This document shows, piece after piece, positions 1 to 10,378 of a stretch of 64,000 nucleotides of DNA. Below the pieces are notes generated by a model that was given only the letters and a program-made list of their open reading frames with translations, did no database searches and was not told the DNA's origin. Source of the stretch: Alphaproteobacteria bacterium (GTDB lineage Bacteria > Pseudomonadota > Alphaproteobacteria > Rickettsiales > JABSSG01); assembly GCA_030431375.1 (NCBI GenBank), contig JAUIIY010000001.1, positions 183,280 to 247,279 of the forward strand, written 5' to 3'. The translations under genes and the position numbers were made by a program. How positions within the stretch are numbered: position 1 is the stretch's first letter; each line of letters begins with the position of its first letter.

Positions 1-210
1 ACCAACACCTATACCAGCAAATCCATGCTCGGTAATTGTTGTGTCGATAACTCTTTTTGCGCCGAATTCATCAAGAAGACCTCTACTAACTTTATATGCT
101 CCATTATATTCAGCTACCTCTTCACCCATAAGAAATACACGCTCATCAGCGCGCATCTCTTCTGCCATCGCATCTCTTAATGCATCTCTTATTGTAATGG
201 TTTTACTCAT
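1..210 (-). CDS. pdhB: Pyruvate dehydrogenase E1 component beta subunit, N-terminal part (gene runs off window start)
   Basis: Manual minus-strand translation from ATG (rc of 208-210): [66 protein letters not shown]. This is an E1-beta-type N-terminus lying 9 nt downstream of pdhA. Confidence 0.85.
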   Translation of the reverse strand, partial: MSKTITIRDALRDAMAEEMRADERVFLMGEEVAEYNGAYKVSRGLLDEFGAKRVIDTTITEHGFAGIGVG

Positions 211-219
211 TATTTTTCC

Positions 220-1209
220 TTAATAAACTTCTGTATATAACTCATCAGCATCTGGCTCTGGACTATTTTCAGAGAATGTTACTGAATCAGCAACCTCTTT
301 CTTCACCCGAGCATCAATTTTTTTAATTGCATCTTCAGATAAAATCCCTTTTTCTAAAATGAAACTTTTAAAAGAAATAATAGGGTCTTTATGCAACTTC
401 ACCTCTTCTACTTCGTCTCTTGAACGGTATTTTGCTGGATCAGACATTGAGTGACCACGGTAACGATAAGTTTTTGCCTCGACTATGATTGGGCCTTTAC
501 CACTTCTCGCATGGTCCGATGCCTTTTTCATTTCCTTTTCAAATGTAACAACATCCATCCCATCAATCTGAATCCCTGGAACACCAAAGCCTTCACCTCT
601 TTTATACAAATCTGTTTGTTTGGTAGCTCTTTTTACAGAAGTTCCCATAGCATATTCATTATTTTCTATGATGTAGACTACTGGCAAATCCCAAAGCTTA
701 GCCAAATTCATTGCTTCATAAAATTGACCTTGATGGGCTGCACCATCGCCTAAAAACACGTAGGTTACCCGGTCCTTGTTACCTTGATAAACATCAGCAA
801 AAGCGAGTCCTGGCCCTATAGATGTCTGGGCTCCAACTATTCCATGCCCACCAAAAAAGCCTTGTTCAGGAGCAAACATATGCATTGAACCACCTTTACC
901 TTTAGAGCAACCACCTGCTTTTCCCATTAACTCGGCCATAACACTTTCAGGTGATGCACCAACTGCTAACATATGTCCGTGTATTCGATACGCAGATATA
1001 AATTTATCTTTGGAGCCTGCTACTTCCATGACTCCCGCGATAACAGCTTCTTGACCTATATAAAGGTGACAGAAACCTGCAATTTTACCCATCCCATATA
1101 GCTGACCTGCCTTCTCTTCGAATCTTCTTATGAGAAGCATTCTATGATATACTCGTTCCGCCTTTTTTGAATCCATATGCATTTTGTGTTTGATTAAAAA
1201 AACTTGCAT
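220..1209 (-). CDS. pdhA: Pyruvate dehydrogenase E1 component alpha subunit
   Basis: 329-aa ORF with TPP-enzyme motifs GFCHLYIGQEA, GDGAAHQGQFYEAMNLA and YRYRGHSMSD. The start may be the internal Met at 1182. Confidence 0.9.
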   Translation of the reverse strand: MQVFLIKHKMHMDSKKAERVYHRMLLIRRFEEKAGQLYGMGKIAGFCHLYIGQEAVIAGVMEVAGSKDKFISAYRIHGHMLAVGASPESVMAELMGKAGGCSKGKGGSMHMFAPEQGFFGGHGIVGAQTSIGPGLAFADVYQGNKDRVTYVFLGDGAAHQGQFYEAMNLAKLWDLPVVYIIENNEYAMGTSVKRATKQTDLYKRGEGFGVPGIQIDGMDVVTFEKEMKKASDHARSGKGPIIVEAKTYRYRGHSMSDPAKYRSRDEVEEVKLHKDPIISFKSFILEKGILSEDAIKKIDARVKKEVADSVTFSENSPEPDADELYTEVY

Positions 1210-1273
1210 CCATTAATAGATTAAAATCTTAACTTTGTCCAGTTTTGTTCAACTAACAAAAGCAGTCAAGAAA

Positions 1274-1690
1274 TTAATTTGTACAATCTATGAGCCTTAA
1301 ATCATATCTAGAATGCTCTATATTAGTCAGAAAGAAATTATTCGAAAATAACCAACCCGAAAAAATCTTATTGTAAGCTTTAGCATTTTTTTCGAATATT
1401 TCTACTGCGGCTGCATTTTCTTTTTCTTGGCTTTTCGGAGCTTTCCAACATTTCAAAATTTTCACTTTAAAATCACCGATATAATATGAGTTATCTTTGC
1501 TGACCTTTAATTTTATGATTTTTTTATTATCGCTAAATCTATCTATAAACCTGAAAACACCTTCACGATAATAATTCTCAGATTTCTTAAAATTATTGTT
1601 CTGCTCATGCAAAAAATCATCTAACTCAGATGCCACACTGAAACTTAAGTACGACAAACTAAAAAGGAAGAATGAAAATATAATACGCAT
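1274..1690 (-). CDS. DUF2155-like secreted protein
   Basis: 138 aa with an N-terminal signal peptide. The C-terminal pattern IFSGWLFSNN...IEHSRYDLRLIDC and its position after mlaD and the NDUFA12-like gene match the conserved alphaproteobacterial trio. Confidence 0.6.
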   Translation of the reverse strand: MRIIFSFFLFSLSYLSFSVASELDDFLHEQNNNFKKSENYYREGVFRFIDRFSDNKKIIKLKVSKDNSYYIGDFKVKILKCWKAPKSQEKENAAAVEIFEKNAKAYNKIFSGWLFSNNFFLTNIEHSRYDLRLIDCTN

Positions 1691-1692
1691 TA

Positions 1693-2160
1693 TTATTTGG
1701 ACTTCTTGCTTTTTGCCTTATCACCGTTAAATGCAAATTTACTTATTAGCCCCTCAAGATTTAGAGAAGACTGGGTGTATTGAATTTGGTCTCCATTCTC
1801 AAGCATCTCAGCGTCTGCTCCAGCCTCAATACTGACATATTTACCTCCTAAAATCCCCTGGCTAACAATTTTTGCTGAACTGTCAGAAGGTATCTTCACG
1901 CTGTTCCTGATTGCAATGGTCATGAGCGCGCTATAAGAGCTTTCATCTAAAGTTAAATCATTAACCGTACCAACTTTGATACCACTAATTGCTACATCAC
2001 TTCCTACCGTAATTCCTTCAACCTGATCGAATTTAGCTTTTAGCTCATATGTTTTTTCTAATTTTCTAACATCAGCGATTTTATATGAAAAGAAGAAGAA
2101 TATAGCAGCTATTAGCAAAACCAAAAATCCAATCAGCGTTTCAATCAAATTACGATTCAT
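1693..2160 (-). CDS. mlaD: Outer-membrane lipid asymmetry protein MlaD (MCE domain)
   Basis: 155 aa with an N-terminal TM (LIGFLVLLIAAIFFFF) followed by an MCE-type domain (GITVGSDVAISGIKVGTV). Confidence 0.75.
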   Translation of the reverse strand: MNRNLIETLIGFLVLLIAAIFFFFSYKIADVRKLEKTYELKAKFDQVEGITVGSDVAISGIKVGTVNDLTLDESSYSALMTIAIRNSVKIPSDSSAKIVSQGILGGKYVSIEAGADAEMLENGDQIQYTQSSLNLEGLISKFAFNGDKAKSKKSK

Positions 2161-2172
2161 TTTAAACCTTCT

Positions 2173-2532
2173 TTATTGTTTTGGAGTCCAAACACCAAAT
2201 TTACCCGGACCACCCTTTTCATCCTCTCCCCTTTCAACATGCCACTTGCGAATATAAGCTAAGCTTGTGCCTGTCAAATTAGGAAGATAGGATTTCTGCC
2301 AATCATAAGAGTTTAACACTCCCTCATCAACTTCATCTATCAAATAATGTAACCAAGCATGCCAAACCGGCGGAACCTTAGTTGCTTCCGACGAGCCATT
2401 ATATTGTACCATCCTTTTTTGCTTTTTCAAAACAGGATCAATTTTTTTTGCAATAAAATAACGATTACCAAACTCATCTGAGCCATAAAATCTATAGTTA
2501 AAGAAAAGATCAATCTTGGTTAATATCGACAT
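2173..2532 (-). CDS. NADH:ubiquinone oxidoreductase subunit NDUFA12-like protein
   Basis: Motifs [24 protein letters not shown] and NLTGTSLAY. Start placed at the internal Met (MSILTK), which gives a 23-nt overlap with rnhA. Confidence 0.75.
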   Translation of the reverse strand: MSILTKIDLFFNYRFYGSDEFGNRYFIAKKIDPVLKKQKRMVQYNGSSEATKVPPVWHAWLHYLIDEVDEGVLNSYDWQKSYLPNLTGTSLAYIRKWHVERGEDEKGGPGKFGVWTPKQ

Positions 2533-2974
2533 CCATACTCCTTGCAACTTCTTCCCTAGCCTTAACTGCAAGAGAATCAACCTGGTTATTTAACTCATTA
2601 TCACTATGGGCTTTCACCCAATGCCAATTTATTTCGTGCAACTCACATAATTGGTCTAATTCTTGCCACAAGTCAGAATTTTTCACTGGCTTTTTAGCTG
2701 AATTCTTCCAATTATTCCTTTTCCACCCTATAATCCACTCGGTAATACCCTTTTGAACATAAACACTATCAGTATATATATCAACTAAACATCTTTGCGA
2801 TAATTTTTGCAAAGCTCTAATAGCAGCAAGCATTTCCATCCGGTTATTTGTAGTATCTTGCTCTCCACCAGAAATTTCCTTTCTAGCCTTTCCATACATT
2901 AAAATCGCGCCCCAACCTCCTGGGCCAGGATTACCCGAGCATGCACCATCAGTATAAATTGTAACTTTTTTCAC
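2510..2974 (-). CDS. rnhA: Ribonuclease HI
   Basis: 154 aa; [34 protein letters not shown] and [18 protein letters not shown] are canonical RNase H motifs. Confidence 0.9.
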   Translation of the reverse strand: MKKVTIYTDGACSGNPGPGGWGAILMYGKARKEISGGEQDTTNNRMEMLAAIRALQKLSQRCLVDIYTDSVYVQKGITEWIIGWKRNNWKNSAKKPVKNSDLWQELDQLCELHEINWHWVKAHSDNELNNQVDSLAVKAREEVARSMDVDINQD

Positions 2975-2991
2975 AAAAAATATATTTTTAT

Positions 2992-3981
2992 TTATTTAGT
3001 AAAACCAACAATCTCTTTTACTTCAGATAAAGTCTTTCTAGCAACTTCTCTAGCCTTATCTTCTCCACTTCTTAACATAGCAGTAATATAATTTTTATCC
3101 TGCGATATCCTATTATACTCTTCTCTTATGGGTTTAATCAACTCTACCAAAATCTCGGCTAGATCTTTTTTAAATTGTGCAAAACCAACTCCTTCATAAC
3201 CAGACACAATATCTTTCACCTCCTTATTAGAGATGGCAGAAAATATATTCAACAAGTTAGTCACATCCGGCCTTTCTTCAGGGTGGGCATAAATTTCTGT
3301 TATAGAATCACTCTTAGCTTTTTTAATCTTTTTGATAATCTCATCATCACTATCATCCAAATTTATTCGAGAATACTCAGATTCATCTGACTTACTCATT
3401 TTCTTTAGACCATCTTTTAGACTCATAACCCTAGTAGCAGCCCCCATTATTTTTGGCTCTGGCAATTTAAAAAACTCTACATCTCTAATTCTATTAAAAC
3501 CCTGCGCAATGTCTCTGGTCAACTCCAAATGTTGTTTCTGGTCATCTCCAACAGGCACAATATCAGGTTTATATAATAAAATATCCGCAGCCATCAAAAC
3601 CGGATAGGAAAATAGCCCAAGCGAGCAAGTATCTTTATATTTTGCAGATTTTTCTTTGAATTGCGTCATCCTACTCATCCAACCCATCTGGGCATAACAT
3701 CCTAAAATCCAAGCCAATTCTGTATGCTCAGGCAATTGCGATTGTCTAAATATTGCAGCTTTGTTTGGATCTAACCCACATGCTATATACATAGCTGCAT
3801 TATCGAATACAGCATCATGCAATTTTTGTGGCTCAATTGGCACCGTTATGGAATGAAGATCTGCAATGAAAAAAAATGAATTATATTCTTCCTGGAGGTT
3901 AAGCCAATTTTTTATAGCACCCAGATAATTTCCTAGATGCAGTCTACCTGTTGCTTGAATACCAGAAAGTAGTCTTTTCAT
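2992..3981 (-). CDS. trpS: Tryptophan--tRNA ligase
   Basis: 329 aa; [17 protein letters not shown] (HIGH-type) and KMSKS present. Confidence 0.95.
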   Translation of the reverse strand: MKRLLSGIQATGRLHLGNYLGAIKNWLNLQEEYNSFFFIADLHSITVPIEPQKLHDAVFDNAAMYIACGLDPNKAAIFRQSQLPEHTELAWILGCYAQMGWMSRMTQFKEKSAKYKDTCSLGLFSYPVLMAADILLYKPDIVPVGDDQKQHLELTRDIAQGFNRIRDVEFFKLPEPKIMGAATRVMSLKDGLKKMSKSDESEYSRINLDDSDDEIIKKIKKAKSDSITEIYAHPEERPDVTNLLNIFSAISNKEVKDIVSGYEGVGFAQFKKDLAEILVELIKPIREEYNRISQDKNYITAMLRSGEDKAREVARKTLSEVKEIVGFTK

Positions 3982-4733
3982 TATTTTTCCTCAAAAAATA
4001 TTTTTTGTGATAATAAATGATTTTTAATCATATTCAATGCCTGATCGATTATCTCCATGTCCTTGCCCGTAACCACCGCATCAACATACCAATCCTCACC
4101 TTTTTGATATGGGTAGCTGCCAACGTTAATTTCTTCAAACATATAGTGCGTTTCTTCAAGGATATCAGCTAATTTACTCTCGGCTATTTTAATTGTTATT
4201 TGCCTACTTATATAACTATTCCCTTTTTTGATGTGTTTTTTGGCATCTTCAAACATGTCTATCATTATTTCTGGGATTCCAGCCATAACAAACACATTCT
4301 CAATAAAAAAAGATGGAGTAGAAGTTTTTGTTGTCATAATCAAACCACAATTTTCTGGCATGAGAACCATTCGCCTAGTATTCTCATTTGCCTGAACACC
4401 CCTTTTTTCATAGCACGCATTCTGTATCTCTAAAGCTTTCTGGTTCACAACTAAATCTCTGCCAAAGGCTTTGGCAATCGAAGCAGCAGTTATATCGTCA
4501 TGAGTGGGGCCAATACCTCCGGTCGTAAAGACATAACTATATTTTTTTCGCAATTGATTAACCGCAAAAATAATCTCATCTTCTATATCGGGCACCATTC
4601 TCACTTCTTGCACTTGAACTCCCATATCAAACATTTGTCTGCATATGTAGTTCACATTCACATCCTGGACTCTTCCGGATAATATTTCATCACCTATTAT
4701 AACTATTGCGGCTGTTAAAGGATTAGCTTTCAT
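3981..4733 (-). CDS. CinA-like / molybdopterin-binding (MoCF) domain protein
   Basis: 250 aa; AAIVIIGDEILSGRVQDVN and TTGGIGPTHDDIT are typical of the MoCF_biosynth/CinA N-terminal domain. Confidence 0.75.
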   Translation of the reverse strand: MKANPLTAAIVIIGDEILSGRVQDVNVNYICRQMFDMGVQVQEVRMVPDIEDEIIFAVNQLRKKYSYVFTTGGIGPTHDDITAASIAKAFGRDLVVNQKALEIQNACYEKRGVQANENTRRMVLMPENCGLIMTTKTSTPSFFIENVFVMAGIPEIMIDMFEDAKKHIKKGNSYISRQITIKIAESKLADILEETHYMFEEINVGSYPYQKGEDWYVDAVVTGKDMEIIDQALNMIKNHLLSQKIFFEEK

Positions 4734-4800
4734 AAATTGACAGACTTTTTTAATGATGTTAAATCTAATGTGGTTTTAATTATTTATCAACATCGCTTTT

Positions 4801-5598
4801 ATGGCAATCACAATACACACCGAAGAAGATTATATAAAAATGAGAGCTGCTGGAAAACTGGCCGCCGAAATTCTCGATCATTTAACTGAAATGGTCAAAC
4901 CGGGTGTTACAACCAACGAGATCGATGCTGTTTGCCATAAGATGATTTTAGATAATAATGCGATTCCTGCTTGTCTTGGCTATCGAGGCTCAAACGACGC
5001 CCCTCCTTACCCCAAAACGATATGCACTTCAATTAATCATGTGATATGTCACGGTATTCCAAACGATACCTCTTTGAAAGACGGAGATATACTAAATATT
5101 GATATTACCGTTATTGTCGATGGTTTTCACGGAGACACAAGCAGAATGTATTGGGTTGGTGAGCCCTCAATCAAAGCAAAAAGATTAACTGAAATAACAT
5201 ATGAAGCAATGATGCTAGGCATCGAGCAAGTAAAGCCTGGAGCATTTTTAGGTGATATCGGTCATGCAATTCAATCTTTCGTTGAAGAGCAAGGTTATTC
5301 GGTTGTAAGAGATTATTGCGGTCATGGCATAGGCAGGGTTTTTCACACCGAACCAAGTGTCGTTCATTATGGCAAGAAAGGTACAGGGGTGGAGCTCAAA
5401 AAGGGAATGTTTTTCACAGTTGAACCAATGGTAAATGTCGGCAGACCTGATACAAAATTAAATAGAAATGACGGCTGGACCGTAACAACGAGAGATCGCA
5501 CCCTGTCCGCTCAGTTCGAACATACAATAGGCGTAACCGATACAGGCGCTGAAATCTTTACCCTCTCACCAAAAAAGTTATTTCACCCACCATATTAG
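4801..5598 (+). CDS. map: Type I methionine aminopeptidase
   Basis: 265 aa; VCHGIP, DITVIVDGFHGD, CGHGIG and FTVEP are metal-ligand motifs. Confidence 0.95.
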   Translation: MAITIHTEEDYIKMRAAGKLAAEILDHLTEMVKPGVTTNEIDAVCHKMILDNNAIPACLGYRGSNDAPPYPKTICTSINHVICHGIPNDTSLKDGDILNIDITVIVDGFHGDTSRMYWVGEPSIKAKRLTEITYEAMMLGIEQVKPGAFLGDIGHAIQSFVEEQGYSVVRDYCGHGIGRVFHTEPSVVHYGKKGTGVELKKGMFFTVEPMVNVGRPDTKLNRNDGWTVTTRDRTLSAQFEHTIGVTDTGAEIFTLSPKKLFHPPY

Positions 5599-5601
5599 GT
5601 T

Positions 5602-6279
5602 ATGAATGAGCCTCTACACTTAGGTCACAGACAAAGACTAAAAGAAAGATTGCGTAAATCTGGTTTGGGTGAATTACCTGACTATGAAATTATTGAATTA
5701 TTGTTATTTTTATCTATTCCAAGAAAAGATGTAAAACCTCTTGCAAAGAAAATGATGCAACATTTTGGCAGCATCTCGCAAATTATAAATGCCGACGAAA
5801 TTGAACTAAAAAAAATTCCAGAAATAACAGACTCCATAATTGCTAATATCAGAGTCGTTAAAGAGATCCATTTCAGAGCTAATAAAGAAATAATTTTGAA
5901 CAAGCCTATTATTTCTTCAAAAGATGATTTAATAAAATATCTTCGATCTTCAATTGGACACTCAAAAACCGAAAATCTAAAAATTTTACTTTTGGATAGT
6001 AAAAATAGAATTATTGGTGATGAAACAGCGAAACACGGATCCACAAACACCATAGCTATATATCCCAGGGAAATAGTGAAATCTGCGATATTCCATAATG
6101 CTTCTGCGGTTATAATTTGCCACAACCACCCCAGTGGAAACACCAAACCCTCACGCTCTGATATCCAGCAAACTGCTATTTTAAAAGAAGCTCTAAGCTC
6201 AATCGATGTCGTATTGCACGATCATGTGATAATAAGCGCTTCAAGCTATTATAGCTTCAAGTCAAATGACCAGCTGTAA
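5602..6279 (+). CDS. radC: RadC-family JAB/MPN domain protein
   Basis: 225 aa; N-terminal HhH-like region and the JAMM motif ICHNHPSGNTKPSRSD. Confidence 0.85.
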   Translation: MNEPLHLGHRQRLKERLRKSGLGELPDYEIIELLLFLSIPRKDVKPLAKKMMQHFGSISQIINADEIELKKIPEITDSIIANIRVVKEIHFRANKEIILNKPIISSKDDLIKYLRSSIGHSKTENLKILLLDSKNRIIGDETAKHGSTNTIAIYPREIVKSAIFHNASAVIICHNHPSGNTKPSRSDIQQTAILKEALSSIDVVLHDHVIISASSYYSFKSNDQL

Positions 6280-6280
6280 A

Positions 6281-7852
6281 TTACTGCTGAATTTGGCTCG
6301 CAGATTGCTGCGTTACCGTTTGTACACTCCCCTCAGATGAGCTTGTTATAGGCTTTTGATCTTCAGTAGGTTTTGGATCAACAACTTGTGGAATAGCTGT
6401 TGTAGTTTTATTATCGCTACCTCCAGTTACTTGAGGGGCCTTTATTTTCTTTGCACTTGTTTTTACTACCTTTTGTTCAGCTTTCACCGCATTATCGCTA
6501 GCCTGATCCTTTTTTGGCTCCAAATTTTCTGCAGGTGTTTTTTCATCTCTTTTTTTCAAGTTAATTCCAATGGCCCCCTCTAGATCAGCTCCAGAAAAAA
6601 CTGTATTAACCATAATTGTTGAGATCAGATTAGATCTTTGCATATTTGCACTAGAAAAATCAGCCCCTGTGAGGTTACTACCCAATAATTTTACACCTAT
6701 CATTTTGGCATTGATGAAAACCGCATCACTTAAATTAGATTTTGTTATAGCCGCATTCTCAAAAGAAGTTTTTTTAAAATCACCTCTTAATAGTTTGGCA
6801 TCGGTAAAATTGGCATTATCGAAATCTGCTTCCAATGCATATATACCTGACATGTCACTATTTACAAAACTAGCTTTTTCAAAATTACCAAAATCAGCAT
6901 TTACCAAAACCATATCAGCATTGTTGAAATTTGATTGAGAAACATCACTATACCCAAAATTAGCCGATTCTAGGTAAGATTTCTCAAAATCACTATTACT
7001 AACAACTGCCTTATAAAAATTAACACCAAACAAGTTAGATGACCCGAATTTTGCCTCAGTACCATTGGCATTGGCAAAATTTGCCATTTTCAAATCCGTT
7101 GATACAAATTTTGCGTTATTAATACTGGCTCCGTTGAAATTCGCGTGACTGCCATCCCCGTTAGAGAAGTCTACATTATTAAAATTCACCTTATACATAT
7201 GCGAATAGCGAAGTCTTCCCCCCTTAAACTCCACATTAGAAAAGTTACTATATCCTAAGTTGGAATTTACCATTACCGTTTCATTCATCTTAGCATTAGT
7301 AAAATCACAATTCTCACAAACAGAATCATTAAATTCGATTTTTTGTAAATTTGATGCACTAAAATAGACATTTTGAAATTTTGAATTGCTCAGATTTGCC
7401 CCTTCAAAATTTGTATTACTTAAATCAGCATCTGATATGTCTAAATTCTTTAAGTTAGTTCCAAACTTACCTACCACATCGGCTAATTTATGTTTCTTTT
7501 GTTGAGTTTTTACGTAATTTACTATTTCATCGGATCTTGAGAATTTTCCCTTTTTTGACATAAATCTGTCTTGATAGAAATAAAAACCTCCTGCGAACAC
7601 ACCTATGACAACGAAGGCCAACATATATTTCATCCAATGATTTCTGACATGGATGTTCTCATTTATAGAAGCATTCTCATCATGAACCCCAGCCGATGAT
7701 GAGTTTTCATTCACTAGCTTTTCGCTAACTACAGGCTCAGCAGTAATATTTAAACCAGCATCACCCCGGTCATTATAGGACTCAACCCTATCAACCACAT
7801 TTTGTGTGTCTGCTACGTTTTCCTTGCTCATATTGGAAGAATCATCTTTCAT
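6281..7852 (-). CDS. Membrane-anchored pentapeptide-repeat protein
   Basis: 523 aa. Disordered N-terminus, one TM (YMLAFVVIGVFAGGFYFY), about 290 aa of A(D/N)LxX-type pentapeptide repeats (ADLSNTNFEGANLSNSKFQN...), and a Pro/Lys/Gln-rich tail. Confidence 0.85.
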   Translation of the reverse strand: MKDDSSNMSKENVADTQNVVDRVESYNDRGDAGLNITAEPVVSEKLVNENSSSAGVHDENASINENIHVRNHWMKYMLAFVVIGVFAGGFYFYQDRFMSKKGKFSRSDEIVNYVKTQQKKHKLADVVGKFGTNLKNLDISDADLSNTNFEGANLSNSKFQNVYFSASNLQKIEFNDSVCENCDFTNAKMNETVMVNSNLGYSNFSNVEFKGGRLRYSHMYKVNFNNVDFSNGDGSHANFNGASINNAKFVSTDLKMANFANANGTEAKFGSSNLFGVNFYKAVVSNSDFEKSYLESANFGYSDVSQSNFNNADMVLVNADFGNFEKASFVNSDMSGIYALEADFDNANFTDAKLLRGDFKKTSFENAAITKSNLSDAVFINAKMIGVKLLGSNLTGADFSSANMQRSNLISTIMVNTVFSGADLEGAIGINLKKRDEKTPAENLEPKKDQASDNAVKAEQKVVKTSAKKIKAPQVTGGSDNKTTTAIPQVVDPKPTEDQKPITSSSEGSVQTVTQQSASQIQQ

Positions 7853-7926
7853 ACAAAACCCTTAACCCTTGTTCTTAACCAGATAAGATATTTAATATTC
7901 ACTATTTAATCAAGCATTCCTTACTG

Positions 7927-8613
7927 TCATGCGTTATTTTTAAAGTGTTTTTTAAGAAACTCCAGACCTACATCCGTTGCCTCAACTCCAATTTTATGCT
8001 CGAGTTCTTTTATCAACTTAACTTCAACGTTAATATCATGCTCCAAAAGTACTTTCTGCGCTCTAAGTGATTCTGTATAAGGTAACACTTCATCTTCGTA
8101 TCCATGAATAAGCATAATATCAGGGCGCGAAACCAGCTCAGCAGTAATAAGCTCCGGAAGAGATAATGCGCCGCTATAACCGATGACACAAGCACAACAT
8201 TTTTGCATCCTTAGACTCGTATGCAAACAGACCCTAGTCCCCTGCGAGAAACCAATCATGGCAATATCAGAAACAGTTAGGCCGTGCTCTTCTGTTTTTT
8301 TATAGATAAAATCTTCGATGATTTTTGATATATCCGCAGCGACTATTCTAATAACGTCAGGATTCCACTCAGAACCGTTATATCTCAGCCAATCATAACG
8401 TCCCTTTCCTTCATAACCCTTACACTCATGCAAACCGTTTACCGAAATAAACTTAACTTTGGGTAGGTGAGGCCGCATTTTGGCAGCTAACACATTATTC
8501 ATATAACTCGCCCTTTGCGCATAACCATGAAACAGGAAGACCAATTTTTGCGGAGGCCCTTCTTCTTCAGAATAATTCTCAATATAGCTCAGGTCGTTAT
8601 AGCTTTTTTGCAT
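7927..8613 (-). CDS. Phospholipase/carboxylesterase-family alpha/beta hydrolase
   Basis: 228 aa; GFSQG nucleophile elbow, LIHGYEDEVLP and a late His (LEHKI). Confidence 0.75.
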   Translation of the reverse strand: MQKSYNDLSYIENYSEEEGPPQKLVFLFHGYAQRASYMNNVLAAKMRPHLPKVKFISVNGLHECKGYEGKGRYDWLRYNGSEWNPDVIRIVAADISKIIEDFIYKKTEEHGLTVSDIAMIGFSQGTRVCLHTSLRMQKCCACVIGYSGALSLPELITAELVSRPDIMLIHGYEDEVLPYTESLRAQKVLLEHDINVEVKLIKELEHKIGVEATDVGLEFLKKHFKNNA

Positions 8614-9313
8614 ATAGGATATAATTTACATCTATATTTTCATCGAGATACCAAGAAGATGATTTTAAAGGGTTGTATTTAATGCCTTTAATCTCACAAA
8701 CTTTAAATTTATTATTTTCGATTTGCTCGTAAAGCTCCGATGGCTTGATAAATTTAGCCCATTCATGCGTTCCTACTGGCAGCCATTTTAATATATATTC
8801 AGCACCAAGAATAGTTTGCAAATAGCTTTTGACGCTACGATTGATAGTTGAAAAGAAAATCAAACCATCTTTTTTTACTGCATCACAACAATTTTTTATA
8901 AAATAGTCAACTTGTTCAACGTGCTCTAAGACTTCCAGGCATGTTACTACATCATACTGATTTTTATTTTTCTCGATTGTCGAACAACAATATTTGATCT
9001 TCAGACCACTTTCTTTCGCATGCTCTTTAGCTATTGTAATATTTTTTTCAGATGCATCTATTCCATCAACTATAGCACCGAGCCTAGCTAATGGCTCACA
9101 CAGCAAACCTCCACCACAACCCACATCAAGAACTGTTATCCCTTTTATGTCTTCATGATATTTTCTTACAACATCAACAACGTAGCCAACTCTTATAAAG
9201 TTAATTTGATGCAAGGTTTTAAAGCTACCCGATGGGTTCCACCATTCTTTTGCTAAATCACCAAATTTTTTCACCTCATCTTCGTTGATCGAGTTTTCTT
9301 GCTCTTTTTCCAT
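8597..9313 (-). CDS. ubiG: Ubiquinone biosynthesis O-methyltransferase
   Basis: 238 aa; FGDLAKEWWNPSGSFKTLHQINFIR and the SAM motif VLDVGCGGGLLCEPLA. Confidence 0.85.
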   Translation of the reverse strand: MEKEQENSINEDEVKKFGDLAKEWWNPSGSFKTLHQINFIRVGYVVDVVRKYHEDIKGITVLDVGCGGGLLCEPLARLGAIVDGIDASEKNITIAKEHAKESGLKIKYCCSTIEKNKNQYDVVTCLEVLEHVEQVDYFIKNCCDAVKKDGLIFFSTINRSVKSYLQTILGAEYILKWLPVGTHEWAKFIKPSELYEQIENNKFKVCEIKGIKYNPLKSSSWYLDENIDVNYILYAKKL

Positions 9314-9346
9314 AGAAATTTATAGCCTTTCTTAGTAATGAAGATT

Positions 9347-10303
9347 CTAGCTTACCAACTTGGCTTCATTCAGAATCTTATCATTTATTTTAATGCCTAG
9401 TGAGTTTGCTGTCTTTAAATTAATCAGCTTTTCAACAACTATCGGCGATTCTACAGGAATTCCATCAGCAGTTGAAGCATTTATTACCTTGGCAGCCATA
9501 ATACCAGTTTTAAAGCCAATTGCATATTCATCATAAGCTAACCCAGCCAAAGAACCCTTTTCTACCGCCTCAACATATGTACTAAATACCGGCACATCAT
9601 TTGAAGCAGCAACTTTGTTAATAACATTCACAGCTGAGGCAACTATATTATCCTGCAGCAGGAAAATGGCATCTATCTTTTTTACCAAAGATTTAATAGC
9701 CAAAGAAACCTCAGAGCTATTCGAAACAGAACCCTCCAGAATCTGGATATCTCTTTTTTTTGCTATAGATTTCAGTTTTTTTAACAGGCCAACTGAATTA
9801 TCTTCACTGTAATTAATAAAAACACCCACTGTCTTTATATCTGGGGAGATTTTCATCATATAATCAAACTGACTTTCTAACATCAAGGGGTTAGTAACAC
9901 CAGTTATATTGTCTTTAGGCTTTTCCAGATCTTCTACTAACCCAGCTGACACAGGGTCCGTTACAGTAGAAAAGACCAATGGAATTGAGCTTTTTAGAGC
10001 ATTTTTTAATGTTTGAGAAGATGGAGTTGTAATAGCAATTGCTACATCTAAATCTTGTGATGCAAACTGCTTTGCGATCTGAGAAGATAAAACAATATTT
10101 CCATTTGCATTTTTGTAATTAACAGTCAGATTCTTGCCACTTACAAACCCTTCTTTTTTTAAGCCGTCCAATATACCTTGTCTGACTTTCTCTAATGATG
10201 GATGAACTACAAATTGACTAATGCCTATCTTCGCATTGTCCTTTACATTTGCGTATAAAGTTATATTAAATAAAAATAATAAGAAGAAAATTATGGTTTT
10301 CAT
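9347..10303 (-). CDS. ABC transporter substrate-binding protein (ABC_sub_bind/PF04392-like), orphan
   Basis: 318 aa with a signal peptide; IGISQFVVHPSLEKVRQGILDGLKKEGF...FSTVTDPVSAGLV...NITGVTN pattern. No adjacent permease or ATPase gene. Confidence 0.75.
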   Translation of the reverse strand: MKTIIFFLLFLFNITLYANVKDNAKIGISQFVVHPSLEKVRQGILDGLKKEGFVSGKNLTVNYKNANGNIVLSSQIAKQFASQDLDVAIAITTPSSQTLKNALKSSIPLVFSTVTDPVSAGLVEDLEKPKDNITGVTNPLMLESQFDYMMKISPDIKTVGVFINYSEDNSVGLLKKLKSIAKKRDIQILEGSVSNSSEVSLAIKSLVKKIDAIFLLQDNIVASAVNVINKVAASNDVPVFSTYVEAVEKGSLAGLAYDEYAIGFKTGIMAAKVINASTADGIPVESPIVVEKLINLKTANSLGIKINDKILNEAKLVS

Positions 10304-10378
10304 GGTTAAGCCTTTTTTAGTTTAGTGAATTAATTAAAGAGAACGAGGGTTAACACCATCGCCACTCCTTAAACCAAA

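Noticed and set aside
41-223. 60-aa plus-strand ORF at the window start
   Set aside because: It lies antisense to the clear pdhB N-terminal coding sequence and has a low-complexity Ser/Leu-rich translation. It is a shadow ORF.
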